DNA of 63,440 nucleotides, filler included. It is 10 parts of 10 records of this genome, joined end to end, with 100 filler letters (N's around TTAATTAATTAA, not from the genome) between each part and the next. Parts side by side here need not be neighbours in the genome. Positions count along the whole stretch, not along the records: positions 29,165 to 34,265 come from SRR31147125_261705; positions 34,366 to 39,638 come from SRR31147125_262181; positions 39,739 to 46,039 come from SRR31147125_262624; 7 more parts are not named here. One strand, given 5' to 3'. The notes below the pieces were generated by a model. That model saw only the letters and a program-made list of their open reading frames with translations, searched no databases and had not been told where the DNA came from. A program made the translations under genes and the position numbers. The stretch's first letter is position 1. Each line of letters opens with the position of its first letter. This document shows positions 32,201 through 43,950 of the stretch, in pieces.

Positions 32201-33154
32201 AACGATGAACATTCGCACATTCCCGTCACATCATTGCATGTTCCGTGTCCCGAGCAATGATTGGGACAGCGTGGATGGGAGCAGTTCTCTCCCGTCCATC
32301 CCACTCCACACAGGCACACTCCCTCGGCCACACACTCGCCGTGTCCGGTGCAATTTCCTGGACAATGGAGACGGCAGTTGTGGGCACAGGAGGCCCCAAC
32401 GTATCCCTCGTCACACAGGCATGTGAAGTTGCCCTTGGCTCCTTCCAGGCATCTTCCGTGTCCTGAGCACCCTTGAGGACAGAGTTGCACCTCGCACGCC
32501 TTTCCTCCATATCCGACGTCACAGAAACATTGACTTTCCACGCATTTTCCGTGTTCGTTGCAGTTATTGGGACAGCCCATCTCGATTGAGCAGTCCTCTC
32601 CTGCAAACCCAGCAAGGCATTGGCACACACCCGCTTCACATCTTCCGTGAGAACCTGCACTCAAACGATGAGTTGCTTTTTCCTCGTTCCTACACCCCTC
32701 GAATAAGACGTACTGCAGCCATTAGGACACATATCCTGATGACTCGTGCGTTGGTCACACGTCAAGCCGGCAAACCCTGGGTCGCAGTAGCAGTCTCCTT
32801 CAATGCATTGACCATGTCCTGAGCAGTCATTTGGGCATGTCTGTACCACAGAAGAAAGGGGAAGGGGTTAGACGGACCGAACGCGGGTAAGGAAGGGAGG
32901 ATGGAGGTTCCCCTCGTTTTGACACGTTCCCCACTCAACACAGAACCCTCCCCCCACACATCCCACACACAAGGGAACAGAAGAAGTGGATGTAAACATA
33001 AAACCATACGAGAAGGACTCCAAACGAGTGGGGGTGGAGGGGGAAGACGTACCGAATGAGAACTCAACACTTGCGTTGCACGGGTTGCTTCTGCTACCAG
33101 GGGTATTATCGTGACAAGCACGACAAACACAACCGCCACCACGACACGTGTCAT
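29245..33154 (-). CDS. Secreted tenascin-type EGF-repeat protein (about 25 repeats), eukaryotic, probably continuing past contig end
   Basis: Exon 1, 33154-33053, encodes signal peptide [23 protein letters not shown]. Introns at 33052-32841 (GTACGT..TCTAAC..TACAG) and 32713-32655 (GTACGT..TGCAG) splice in frame to CPNDCSGHG and CPNGCSSHG. Repeats follow CPxxCSxHGxCxxGxCxCxxGxxGxDC. Likely donor GTGTGT at 29252. Confidence 0.88.
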
Positions 33155-33789
33155 TGTGTTGGCGGGTTCACCCACCCACCGCTCGGCGATGAGGGGGAGG
33201 AATGAAGAAGGGTTTGTTGAGGGGCGGTCCAATGGAAATGTGGGGTGTGTTTTTTATGGATTAGGATGAGGATGGGGAGGAGGACCGGTGTGGAACGGAT
33301 GACACCACAAGTACACCAAGTATATAAGCGTGTGTATGGGGGTGTGTAGGTGGTCAGGTGTGATCTATGGATTTCAACTATGGTTGGATCATGGAATCGA
33401 TTCCTGATGGAGTTGAGTTTCTATTGTGTTTCCATTGGGCAGAAGAGGATGTGGGGTGAGAGGTTCGTTGCACCACGTCAGAGACCGTCAGCTCCCCCTC
33501 TTTAAAAGTCTCCCCTTTCCCTCATTCCCATTCCTTTGGGTTCCTCTTCTTTCTTCTGGGCCCGTGTTCCGTGTCGTACGTGCGTGAGAAAACTCTACAC
33601 AAGGAGAACAGGTACTGATATATCTGTGAAATGTGTGAAAATGTGGGAGATTCTCCACGTGGCCTCTCTCCCATAACAAAAAGAAATAAGTCCGACCGAG
33701 CAACTACCTATCCATCTCATACGTTTCCTGCGTGCAGAACAGTCGCTCTTCCCCCTCTCCCCACCACCCCTGTGTGTCTGCGTCACTGA

Positions 33790-34263
<474 letters not shown>

Positions 34264-34265
34264 GG

Positions 34266-34365
34266 NNNNNNNNNNNNNNNNNNNNNNNNNNNNNNNNNNN
34301 NNNNNNNNNTTAATTAATTAANNNNNNNNNNNNNNNNNNNNNNNNNNNNNNNNNNNNNNNNNNNN
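34266..34365. other. Artificial contig spacer
   Basis: Same linker. Confidence 0.99.
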
Positions 34366-34521
34366 AAAGGCTGCTTAATGGCGAAGGTATTGATTAATAC
34401 GTTTTTAATATATTTTCGAGTAACATTGCAAAAAAGTCAAATGAGTTCTCACATCTTATGATTTTTATGAAACATAAAAGGTCTACAATGAGAACTCAAT
34501 CATGTGGCGTTTAAAAATACC

Positions 34522-35382
34522 CTATGCGAAATAAATCCCTTCAATGAGCCCAATACAGCCCTCATGTAAATTCCGCGTCATGGTCTGCCCGAAAAGAGAA
34601 CCATTGTTGCCAAAGACAATATGGGGCCCTAAAGGTCTTGGAGGGGCATCCGCCGCCTTCTCGGTGGCTGATTTCACCTTTTCCCACCACAGCTTTGCCT
34701 GATCTGTCCGCTCTTCCATGAACTGAAGGGTAAATCCGGCTTTCAAAATAAACGCCTCCATTTCCTGTTGTGGCAGAAGAAAAGAGATTTCCGGTCTGTC
34801 TGCCCAGGGAACAGGCAGGTGAAGATCCGCGTTGGTGCCCCGGACGATTTCATGGAGCACCATGAGGCCGCCCGGTTTTAAAATTCGTTTGAACTCTGCA
34901 AAGGCTGCGGGTTTATCGCGGATGTTCATCAGGGTATGCTGACACCAAACCACATCAAAGGTTTCATTGGGCAGGCCGATCTCCAAGATACTTTCACAGA
35001 TAAAGGTGGGGAGTGCCGCTTCACCCGCCTTCCGGTCGGCGGTTGCCGTGCATCGGGAGAGCTCTTTTGCCACATCGACAAAAGAGGGCACCAGATCCAC
35101 TCCGGTTACCGTACAGTGAAAATTTTGTGCCAGCAAGCGGCTGGAGCCTCCGATGCCGCATCCGGCATCCATAAGCATCATTCCCTTGGAAAGGCCTGCC
35201 CGCCGGGCCAGATCCAACGTGGCCAGATGTCCGCCGGTGTGGAGTTGATCAATTACGGAAAGGTCTTTGAGTTGAAGATCGGCGATATCTTTTCCCGCCC
35301 GGCCAAGGGCATCAAAGATTTTTTTTCCAAGATCGTCGGACCCGTAGTGTGCTGTGATATCTTTGTCTGTCTGCTGCGCCAT
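34522..35382 (-). CDS. Class I SAM-dependent methyltransferase
   Basis: DQLHTGG, MDAGCGIGG (motif I), GVDL, FDVVW and RILKPGG. Confidence 0.85.
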   Translation of the reverse strand: MAQQTDKDITAHYGSDDLGKKIFDALGRAGKDIADLQLKDLSVIDQLHTGGHLATLDLARRAGLSKGMMLMDAGCGIGGSSRLLAQNFHCTVTGVDLVPSFVDVAKELSRCTATADRKAGEAALPTFICESILEIGLPNETFDVVWCQHTLMNIRDKPAAFAEFKRILKPGGLMVLHEIVRGTNADLHLPVPWADRPEISFLLPQQEMEAFILKAGFTLQFMEERTDQAKLWWEKVKSATEKAADAPPRPLGPHIVFGNNGSLFGQTMTRNLHEGCIGLIEGIYFA

Positions 35383-35422
35383 TTAAAACTCCTCTATTGT
35401 CCTGATTTCGGTATCGGCAAAC

Positions 35423-35447
35423 GGGGACGGATTTAAAATCCATCCCC
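35423..35447. repeat. REP-like palindrome / possible terminator hairpin
   Basis: GGGGACGGATTTAAAATCCATCCCC, an imperfect inverted repeat between two co-directional genes. Confidence 0.55.
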
Positions 35448-35484
35448 AAAGCCCCCATATACAACACGCGCGGCATGTTTGCAA

Positions 35485-36120
35485 TTATTCGTAAAGGACT
35501 GCCAGAATGGTGGCTTTCCCCTGTTTGGCCATGATCTGGTGAGGCGTTGTAGAGAGATAATACACGCTGTCTCCGGGATTCAATTCAAACATCTCTTCCC
35601 CGATCTGCAGCTGTACGCTCCCTTCCAGAACAAAGATGAACTCCTCACCGTTGTGTACGGAAACCTCTTTGGCCGGATTTTCCTCCAGCTGAACAATGAG
35701 TGCTTCCATGTGACGCCCCTGTACTTCCGGAGCCAAGCTCATGTATGCGTAGAGATTGGTTTCCCCTTTGGGGGAGGTGGAGCGGGAAACGCGCTTGCGC
35801 TCTTCTTTACGGGTGATGGAGTAAAGCTTGTCCCCCACACCGGAGACCAGTCGTCCCAACGCACTGTCCAACGCCCTGGAGAGTTTCATAACAGTGCCGA
35901 GCTGGGGTTTGACAATGCCTTTTTCAATGTTTTCCAACCGCTCTTTATCAAATCCGGTCAGGTTGGCAAGATCCTCGATGGAGATGCCTTTTTGTTCCCT
36001 CAGTGTTTTGATGCGTGTCCCCACCTCATCGATATCACCTGCTTTTCCGTTGTCAATATCGCCGGTGAGATCTTCAAAGTAATCCACATTGATATGGGGT
36101 ATTGTTTCCTTTTTCTGCAT
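35485..36120 (-). CDS. XRE-family HTH transcriptional regulator with C-terminal cupin
   Basis: IKTLREQKGISIEDLANLTG..LENIEKG..P HTH; HNGEEFIFVLEG..LNPGDSVYY..PH cupin. Confidence 0.9.
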   Translation of the reverse strand: MQKKETIPHINVDYFEDLTGDIDNGKAGDIDEVGTRIKTLREQKGISIEDLANLTGFDKERLENIEKGIVKPQLGTVMKLSRALDSALGRLVSGVGDKLYSITRKEERKRVSRSTSPKGETNLYAYMSLAPEVQGRHMEALIVQLEENPAKEVSVHNGEEFIFVLEGSVQLQIGEEMFELNPGDSVYYLSTTPHQIMAKQGKATILAVLYE

Positions 36121-36129
36121 AGTATCTCC

Positions 36130-37782
36130 TTATTTTTGGAGTTCTTCGGTTGCCTGATCCCTTAATTTATATTTTTGAATTTTCCCGCTTGCCGTGGTGG
36201 GATACTCATCCACAAAAAAAACATATCGAGGAATTTTATGATAGGAGATCCGATCTTTGCAAAAGGCAAGAACCTCTTCCTGGGTGCAGGTTTCACCGGG
36301 CTTGATCTGGATAAATGCGGCCACCTCTTCTCCATATTTTGCATCGGGAACGCCGACGACCTGAATGTCTTTGACTTTAGAAAATGAGTAGAGAAACTCC
36401 TCAATTTCCCTTGGGTAGATGTTTTCCCCTCCCCGGATAATCATATCTTTGATGCGGCCGGTGATTTTGCAGTATCCGTTTTCGTCCATCTCCGCAAGAT
36501 CGCCTGTATGGAGCCAGCCATCCTTGTCAACGGCCTGCTTTGTGGCCTCTTCCATCTTATAATATCCCTTCATAACATGGTAACCCCTGGTACAGAGCTC
36601 ACCCTGTTCATTCGGGGGCATCTCATTGCCGGTAAGCGGATCGACGATTTTGACTTCAACATTGGGAAGTGCCCGACCGACGGTGGAGGTCTTAAGCTCC
36701 AAGGAGTCCTTATCCCGGGTCTGGGTGATACCGGGAGAGGCTTCGGTCTGACCATAGACAATGGTCATCTCATCGGCTCCCATATCCTTGATCACCCGCT
36801 TCATCACTTCGATGGGACAAGTGGAACCGGCCATGACACCGGTACGGAGGCTGGAGGTATCATACGATTTTTTATCCATCTCCTCAAATTCCGCAATGAA
36901 CATGGTAGGAACGCCTAAGAGTGCATTGCATTGACTGGCTTCTACGGTCTTGAGAACCTCCATCGGGTTGAACGCCACCACAGGGGCCATGGTACTACCT
37001 GAAACCACGCAGCACAAAGTACCGATGACGCATCCGAAACAGTGGAAAAACGGTACCGGAATACACATGGCATCATCGGGGGTCAACTTCATACACTCAG
37101 CCATACTCATGGCATTGCCGATAAGATTGGTGTGGGACAGCATCACTCCCTTGGGGAACCCCGTGGTACCCGAGGTGTACTGCATATTGATGACATCATC
37201 GGGATCCAGCGACTCCAGACGCTCTTTCAGATCGGCATCACTGACAGACTTTCCCATCTCGAAAATATCATCGATGGTATACATCCCGGGCTGTTTTTCC
37301 TTGCCTAAGCAAATGATATTTTTGAGGAACGGCAGCTTGGGATTGTCAAGTTTTCCCGGTTCACTCTCTTTTAAGGTGGGGCACACCTTATTGATGACCT
37401 TGAGGTACTCATCCGCTTCCCTGACCCCTCCGATAAGAATCAAGGTGGTGGTGTCGGACTGCTCCAGAAGATACTCCAACTCAGCACTACGATAACTTGT
37501 GTTTACCGTCACCATCACCCCGCCCATCCGCGCACTGCCGTATTGAATCAAAACCCACTCGGGAACATTATTGGCCCAGACGGCAATTTTTTCTCCCCGT
37601 TGGATTCCAAGGGCCATCAGTCCCTTGGCCACTTCATCGCAGCGCTCTCTGAATTCTTTAAAACTGTACTTGATCCCCAGTGAATGGTATTCCAACGCAC
37701 TGTTATCGCCCAAATTCTCTGCCAGCATATCGACAATGTTGCCAATGGTCGTGTTTCCGATTTGTATGTCAGGTTTTTGCAT
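36130..37782 (-). CDS. AMP-binding acyl-CoA synthetase
   Basis: YTSGTTGFPKG, PFFHCFG, YGQTE, LHTGD, GRIKDMIIRGGEN and TASGKIQK. Confidence 0.92.
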   Translation of the reverse strand: MQKPDIQIGNTTIGNIVDMLAENLGDNSALEYHSLGIKYSFKEFRERCDEVAKGLMALGIQRGEKIAVWANNVPEWVLIQYGSARMGGVMVTVNTSYRSAELEYLLEQSDTTTLILIGGVREADEYLKVINKVCPTLKESEPGKLDNPKLPFLKNIICLGKEKQPGMYTIDDIFEMGKSVSDADLKERLESLDPDDVINMQYTSGTTGFPKGVMLSHTNLIGNAMSMAECMKLTPDDAMCIPVPFFHCFGCVIGTLCCVVSGSTMAPVVAFNPMEVLKTVEASQCNALLGVPTMFIAEFEEMDKKSYDTSSLRTGVMAGSTCPIEVMKRVIKDMGADEMTIVYGQTEASPGITQTRDKDSLELKTSTVGRALPNVEVKIVDPLTGNEMPPNEQGELCTRGYHVMKGYYKMEEATKQAVDKDGWLHTGDLAEMDENGYCKITGRIKDMIIRGGENIYPREIEEFLYSFSKVKDIQVVGVPDAKYGEEVAAFIQIKPGETCTQEEVLAFCKDRISYHKIPRYVFFVDEYPTTASGKIQKYKLRDQATEELQK

Positions 37783-37953
37783 GTAATGAAAATCCCCTTC
37801 AAATTAATGTTAGCGCTTTACCCCTCAGCTTCTGCGGGGCTCAATGGGTTGATGAGATCCCGCATCAGTACCTAATCGCTTACTTTTTGTCGAAAAAAGA
37901 AAAGATGGAAAGGAATCTCTCTTTTCTTAGAGCCTCAATTTATAAACCGGCTT

Positions 37954-39102
37954 TTAACATCCAATATATCGAGAAATGACAATCCGCTGCACTTCAGAAG
38001 TCCCTTCACCAATATCCAGCAGTTTCTGGTCTCTATAGAAGCGCTCAACCTTGTAGTCCTTCATCAATCCATACCCGCCATGGATCTGTACCGCATGGTT
38101 GGCCACCCGGCCCATCAGTTCGGAGCAATAGAGTTTCGCCATGGCCGCTTCCTTTTCAAAAGCCCGTTGATTATCCCGCAGCCAGCAGGCTTTGTACATG
38201 AGATTTCTTGCACACTCAATTTCCATGGCACTGTCTGCCAGTTTAAATGCGACGGCCTGAAATTTGGAAATGGGCTGCCCGAACTGTTCTCGTTCCTTTG
38301 CATATTTCAGGGCAAGATCATAGGCGCCCTGAGCACCGCCAAGTCCCATGGCGCCGATGGAGAGACGCCCCCCATCTAAGGTTTTCAGCATTTGATGAAA
38401 TCCATCCCCCTGTTTTCCCAGGATGTTTTCCTTAGGCACACGGACATTGTCAAAGTAGAGTTCCGCGGTGTTGGAGGAACGCCACATCATCTTTTTATGC
38501 ATGGGAACGGCCTTAAACCCCGGCGTCCCTTTTTCGACAATAAAACAGGTGTATTCCGGTTTGCCGTTGTCCCGGGTGCCGGTGATCGCCTGAACGGTCA
38601 CCCCAAGGGTCATATCGCAGGCGGCGTTGGTGATAAATATTTTGGAGCCGTTGATGACCCACTCATCTCCCTCAAGCACTGCGGTTGTCTTGCTGCCCCC
38701 GGCATCGGATCCGGCAGTGGGCTCTGTCAGCCCAAATCCCCAGAGCGCTTCACCGGCACAGAGTTTTGGAAGATATTTTTGTTTTTGTTCTTCGGATCCG
38801 AAATAATAAAGAGGGCCGATACCGAGGGAGTTTCCTGCGGCAACGGTGGCTGCCTGGGAGCCGTCGATTCGCGCAATCTCTTCCACTGCGATGATATAGG
38901 AAATGTAATCCATGGCTTGCCCGTCATACTTCTCAGATACAAACATTCCAAAAAGGCCGATATCTCCCATCTTTCGAGTGAGTTCCGATGAAAATTCCTC
39001 ATTTTCGTCAAGCTCGCCGGCAATAGGGGCAATCTCTTTCTGGGCAAATCTTCTTACCTCTTTGCGAATCATTTCCTGCTCTTTAGTAAGGTCAAAATTC
39101 AC
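37954..39102 (-). CDS. Acyl-CoA dehydrogenase (short/branched-chain type)
   Basis: GLTEPTAGSD, INGSKIFITN, REQFGQPI, QIHGGYG and IGEGTSEVQR. GTG start with AGGAGG RBS. Confidence 0.93.
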   Translation of the reverse strand: MNFDLTKEQEMIRKEVRRFAQKEIAPIAGELDENEEFSSELTRKMGDIGLFGMFVSEKYDGQAMDYISYIIAVEEIARIDGSQAATVAAGNSLGIGPLYYFGSEEQKQKYLPKLCAGEALWGFGLTEPTAGSDAGGSKTTAVLEGDEWVINGSKIFITNAACDMTLGVTVQAITGTRDNGKPEYTCFIVEKGTPGFKAVPMHKKMMWRSSNTAELYFDNVRVPKENILGKQGDGFHQMLKTLDGGRLSIGAMGLGGAQGAYDLALKYAKEREQFGQPISKFQAVAFKLADSAMEIECARNLMYKACWLRDNQRAFEKEAAMAKLYCSELMGRVANHAVQIHGGYGLMKDYKVERFYRDQKLLDIGEGTSEVQRIVISRYIGC

Positions 39103-39243
39103 TCTGTATCCTCCTTAAGCATTTGGATTAATTATAAAGAATACCATCTCAACACATCGGTAATCACGCAATTTGCAACAAACTATAACATGAGGCGCAC
39201 ACATGCTTTGCTAACTCTTTTTCTATTGGAAAGTCAGCGTTTA

Positions 39244-39316
39244 TTGATTTACCACCAACACTCTCCCAACTCCCTCTCCATGGAGAGAGATGGTGCGTTT
39301 AGCTGTGGTAAATCAA
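39244..39316. repeat. Nested inverted-repeat element upstream of the acyl-CoA dehydrogenase
   Basis: Perfect 12-bp arms TTGATTTACCAC (39244-39255) and GTGGTAAATCAA (39305-39316) enclose palindrome CTCTCCATGGAGAG (39274-39287). Confidence 0.7.
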
Positions 39317-39638
39317 AAGCTGCTAAACCCTTTAGACAAAACAGCGATGAAACTTATGTAAATTTATGATTTCAATAACTTTAAAATGCCGGTAGAGAGT
39401 AAAAGCCTGTTAAAAAATCATTTGGCTTTAAGTTCACAACTGAGATGCAAGTAATTTAAGAAAAGTGGATGAGATAGCAAATATTTACCAGCAGCAATAC
39501 TTTTTCAGAGAAATGACCATTTGTCAAGAACTTTAACGGTAAGTTTTGGCATCTTTCATGTAGAGCGTTCAGCCCACAATATCCATTATAAAAGCGGTTA
39601 GTTCGCCATTTTTATATGAAAAACCTCACGCGCATTGG

Positions 39639-39738
39639 NNNNNNNNNNNNNNNNNNNNNNNNNNNNNNNNNNNNNNNNNNNNTTAATTAATTAANNNNNN
39701 NNNNNNNNNNNNNNNNNNNNNNNNNNNNNNNNNNNNNN
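39639..39738. other. Artificial contig spacer
   Basis: Same linker. Confidence 0.99.
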
Positions 39739-39759
39739 GTGTGTGTGTGTGTGTGTGTG
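39739..39759. repeat. (GT)n microsatellite at contig edge
   Basis: gtgtgtgtgtgtgtgtgtgtg. Confidence 0.9.
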
Positions 39760-39803
39760 AGGACAGAGGGTCCATTGGTAGTTGACAGGCCATACCGTTA
39801 TCC

Positions 39804-40560
39804 TCATACCCAGATGGAGTTGGAGTCGCTCCGAGAATTCAACAAGCTGCTTTGAATCAGCAATAGCGCACTTTGTACCACAAGATACACATGCACCTGT
39901 TCAAAATGACCTTTTGATGCCTCAACCTTGCCCTCCAGGACAAGGATCAATCCCATCCCGTGCAACGAATCGAGGAGGAAAGGATAATTCCCTGAATGGA
40001 TGGCCCGATATTGAGATGAGAGATATGGGAATGGGGGATTCCACGAACCCGTCCAACGAAACATCTGCGCGGCAAGACGAAAGTGATTTCGTGCTTGACG
40101 CAATTGTCCAACACTTCGCTCTACAATCGCCAACGCGTTGAGACACCTTTTTTTCCATCCGGGTTGGCAACATCTCCTTGTCTTCTTTGCACGCACGCAC
40201 CTGGCCTCGCCCGCGAGATCTCGGTATGCCAAAGCCACATGGGATCCCTTGATTAGCATGACCCGTGCTTGGTCAAACTTCCCAAGATGTCGCAAAGAAA
40301 GTCCCATGTGGCGGTAAACGAGTTCCATAACGGGATGGCTCTACAAGACGAAATGGGCGCGCGGCGATCGTGGAAACCCACATCTCATCCCTCATACCCG
40401 CTTAACTGGGTCCGCTAGCATTTCGTTCAGCAATTGTCGCAATTGTCGCATTCGTCGCTCACCCACTTCCGGGTCGAAGCGGTTTAACATATCAGCATGT
40501 GTCCTCATGCAGATCATTCTCGCACGAATCGCAAAATCGCGGACGCACTGATACAACAGA
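39804..40560 (-). CDS. TPR-like helical repeat coding exons of a eukaryotic gene (boundaries uncertain)
   Basis: VYRHMGLSLRHLGKFDQARVML, CLNALAIVERSVGQLRQARNHF and SLHGMGLILVLEGKVEASKGHFEQ fit TPR spacing; they are interrupted by short GT..AG introns. Confidence 0.5.
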
Positions 40561-43500
40561 TCGATTGCATGAGAGTTGATGCCGTAACATGACTAGCCAG
40601 CCATGCACCGGCACATACCTCAAGTCCCTGTTGATAAAAGCGTTCACCTTCCTCTAACTGTTCCAAATGATAGGAACACTCACCCAAAACCGCAAAGAGC
40701 GTTGCCCTGTGTGATCGGCCGTCTTGTCACAATACGTTTCGTCACCAATTGCGCACCGCAAGTCATCGGAAAATGCTTCTGGATGTGCTTCAAGGTGTTT
40801 AAGTCCCTCACGAGCAAGATGATTTGAATCTTTGAAAAGACCTGTGGGATGTGGTGTCTTAGGCCAGCGAAACAAGGAGATCCTACATGCCTTTCCCGTG
40901 AATAGACAGCATATTCGATACTTCCACAATAGTCTTGGCAAGAGAGCGTACACACGTGCCCCGCCGGAAATGGGACATGGCGAGTAACTACCTTGCTTTA
41001 GCGGGGGAGGCCAGGCCATACAACAAACAAGCAAACAGACGCACCACGGTATAGAGACTCGATGACTCGCCAAGACGGTGGAACGCAACACCGACAAGAT
41101 TGTGAAGTTTGCTGAGGAGAGAAATGTGGTGAGTGAGGCGTCAGAGGGAAAAGAACACGCGCACGCACCGACGTTCCTCCTCATTCAAGGTTTCTTCGAG
41201 CAGAAGTTGCACAGCGGACGAATCGAAGGCGTACCTGTACGCAGCACCAGGATCAAACGCACAAAAAAAAGGTGGCGTAGGAATCATCACGTCACACACC
41301 ACACTCCTTCACGTCCGTGAAACGTATGGAACGTGAACATCAGTCCCACGTCCAAGAGGTACTTGAAACCAGATTGGAAGGTGTGTATTTCACTCAGGCG
41401 AACACTAGATACTCGGTCCATAACCTTTCCGACCCTGATTGTGCACGTCAGGAAAACGGACCAAGCAGCAAACTACATACCAACTCTTCTTCTTCATATT
41501 GTCGCCACATAGGATTTCACCTTGTCCTCCATGTTCTTCCGCGTCAAGGCTTGCCTTGACGGTCTGGAGAACAGCTATGGGGGCAGATCGTCCAGCAACA
41601 GCAGCAATGCGAAGAATACGCAGGGCCTGAAAGAGAAGGCAGCGGGTCAAACAGAGCCGGGACGAGATACTGCCAAACCTCGGGTGATCTTCCAGTTTCT
41701 CAAGGAGCTTACATAGAAAGAACCTGGAACCCCTCTATAACGAAACATGGCAACAACAAAGATCAAAACAGAATCCTACCCGCCACAGAGGCGCTTATGC
41801 GTCGCGGATGTATTGGAACCACTGTACGAGCCCAACGCCTTGCGTTCATATCTATCCACCACGTGTAAGCGAGGGATTGAAATGATGTTTCCGACCGGAC
41901 GTACTTGATGTAGAGTTCACAGTATCGGCATGTGGAGTCCCAGTGCGACTCGCGCCTGTCATCATGCAACTCTTTGTACAAATTCGGTTCGTTATCATCC
42001 CCAATGAGTCGTTGACTCTCGTCATTAGTTGAGTCTCCACGTTCGGGTGAAGCCTCTTTCTGTACTTGTGCCACTTGGGCATGAAGACGCTCCAAGAGTT
42101 TTTTCGAGTTCGAAACACCGGAAACGAAGCACATCATTCCAGCCGCTCGTTTGCTTGGATCAAGAGCGGGAATGCAAATACGGTAGCGACCCGCAGAGAG
42201 TTCTTGCAGCTTAGTTCTGTGCATTTCACAAGGACAGCTCAGGGAACGACACGTCTCTGGGACACAGCGTACCCAAGAATCGACACAGGAGGACCCACGT
42301 GTGGAGCAACACGGATAGGACAATCTGATGAGGAAACGAATGACCCCAGCCCTTCAACACCAACACCCTTCAACACGCCACCATAACACATCGTACCGGC
42401 ATTGTCCCCGTAATCCAGAACGAGAAGACCCGAAAACACATTGGGACCACGGAATGCCTCTTCTAAGATCATCTTGGATTGATCGTCCGCGAGTCTGTAG
42501 TTCTTCACAAAGATCGCGAGGGGGCGGATGCCAAGGTTTACGTATCTTATGCAAAACACCATAGAGTCAGTGTGTGCGAGAGATGGAGGGTTGATGGATC
42601 CATACGCATGTTCTCCCGAGGAAGAACACTTCTCAACACATTTCGTGGAAGGGTAGTGTGTATAGGCCGCCAATATGCTGCGGAGTACAGCCACACCCTC
42701 TGGAATGGGATTTCCATCGACTGAAACAAAGAAAAAGAGACCCGACTCAGCCCAACGTTCATCCTCACGCACGAGCTCACCTAGCTCGGGACCCATTCGT
42801 GTTAAACGACTCATAAATCGATTGATCACCGTCATTGCACGTGTAGTGCTCTGGTGTCGGGGTCGCGTTGGGAAGCCAAACACACGCCCTGTGAACAAAA
42901 TGTTCCGAATAAGGGTTTGTACGCGCGGTGTCAAGTCCTGTGGGATGTTGGTAAGGGAGCGGGTGTGTACTCCACACACCTTATACTGCCGGTGTTGGCG
43001 AAAGAAGCGCTCCACCTTGAGAGCAACATATCTAGGAGGGTAGGACACGCATCAACAAATCAGAAGAAGGACAGACAGCAAAGCGGACGTACCGACATCC
43101 CATACGCCACGTGCGCTGGCCCCTAAAGCAGATCCACAGAATGGTACGCAAGAGAAACATGATTTCCGTATCCTCTCTCTGCGAGGCGGGAACGGTTTCA
43201 AGCAACTCGTTCATGTCAATGTAGATCACCTTGGACATGGTGCGTTCCCGCAAACGGCGACGCCATTCTGGGTGCGTCGCATCCGTGTCAGGGGTATGGG
43301 ATCGATTGATTGTCCACAAACCAAGGAGAACACCCGTTGTGTCCACAGAACCGTCTGTCGTTACTTCCAGCACGCTCGAGGAGGGTAGACGGTGAATCAA
43401 ATGCTGTACAATCCAATACAAGTCAGGAAGAGGAAGCGCACTCGGATTCGTACGTACCTCGAACAGGCATGTCTCCACGCGGCGGCCCTTTTCGTCTGTG

Positions 43501-43950
43501 AGCATACACCAGAGTCTGGCAGAAGAATTGAACATCAATCTTGTACGTACAAACAAGGAACAAGAATACGTACGCGTAGTCCCGATTGTGATTCCCTGGA
43601 ACTCCATGCATCATCGCTCTCCTGGTCCACCCCTCACTCATTCAGCCCCATCCTATCACACAGGTGTTCCATACTTGTAACTGTCCTCAGCCAAATCGTG
43701 ATCCTTGTAGAAATCCGCCGCGAAATTGGCCATATGTCCAAGTCGCTGAGGACTGGCAGGGAAGAGTCAGGGATACAATCTAGGCATGCATAACCCTATG
43801 CACGTTCGAAGGGTGCGTTCCAGGTGGTAACGGTACACTTCATCGGCGCGATGGCCCAGCTCGATGCTGAAAAAGGCCGCCTGTAGAATCGCATTCAGTT
43901 TGTAGCTCTTGGCTTGACGGCCTTGATGCGAGTAGAATGAATTGGGAAAG
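40560..43950 (-). CDS. Intron-rich eukaryotic coding region of unknown function
   Basis: Protein-like minus-strand segments (e.g. YVALKVERFFRQHRQYK/DLTPRVQTLIRNILF) are separated by short introns, such as 42979-42938 (42 nt, GTGTGT..CACAG). No family recognised. Confidence 0.4.

Noticed and set aside
39546-39563. Possible sigma54 promoter TGGCATCTTTCATGT
   Set aside because: The -12 GC dinucleotide is not conserved and the downstream gene is truncated, so it cannot be supported.
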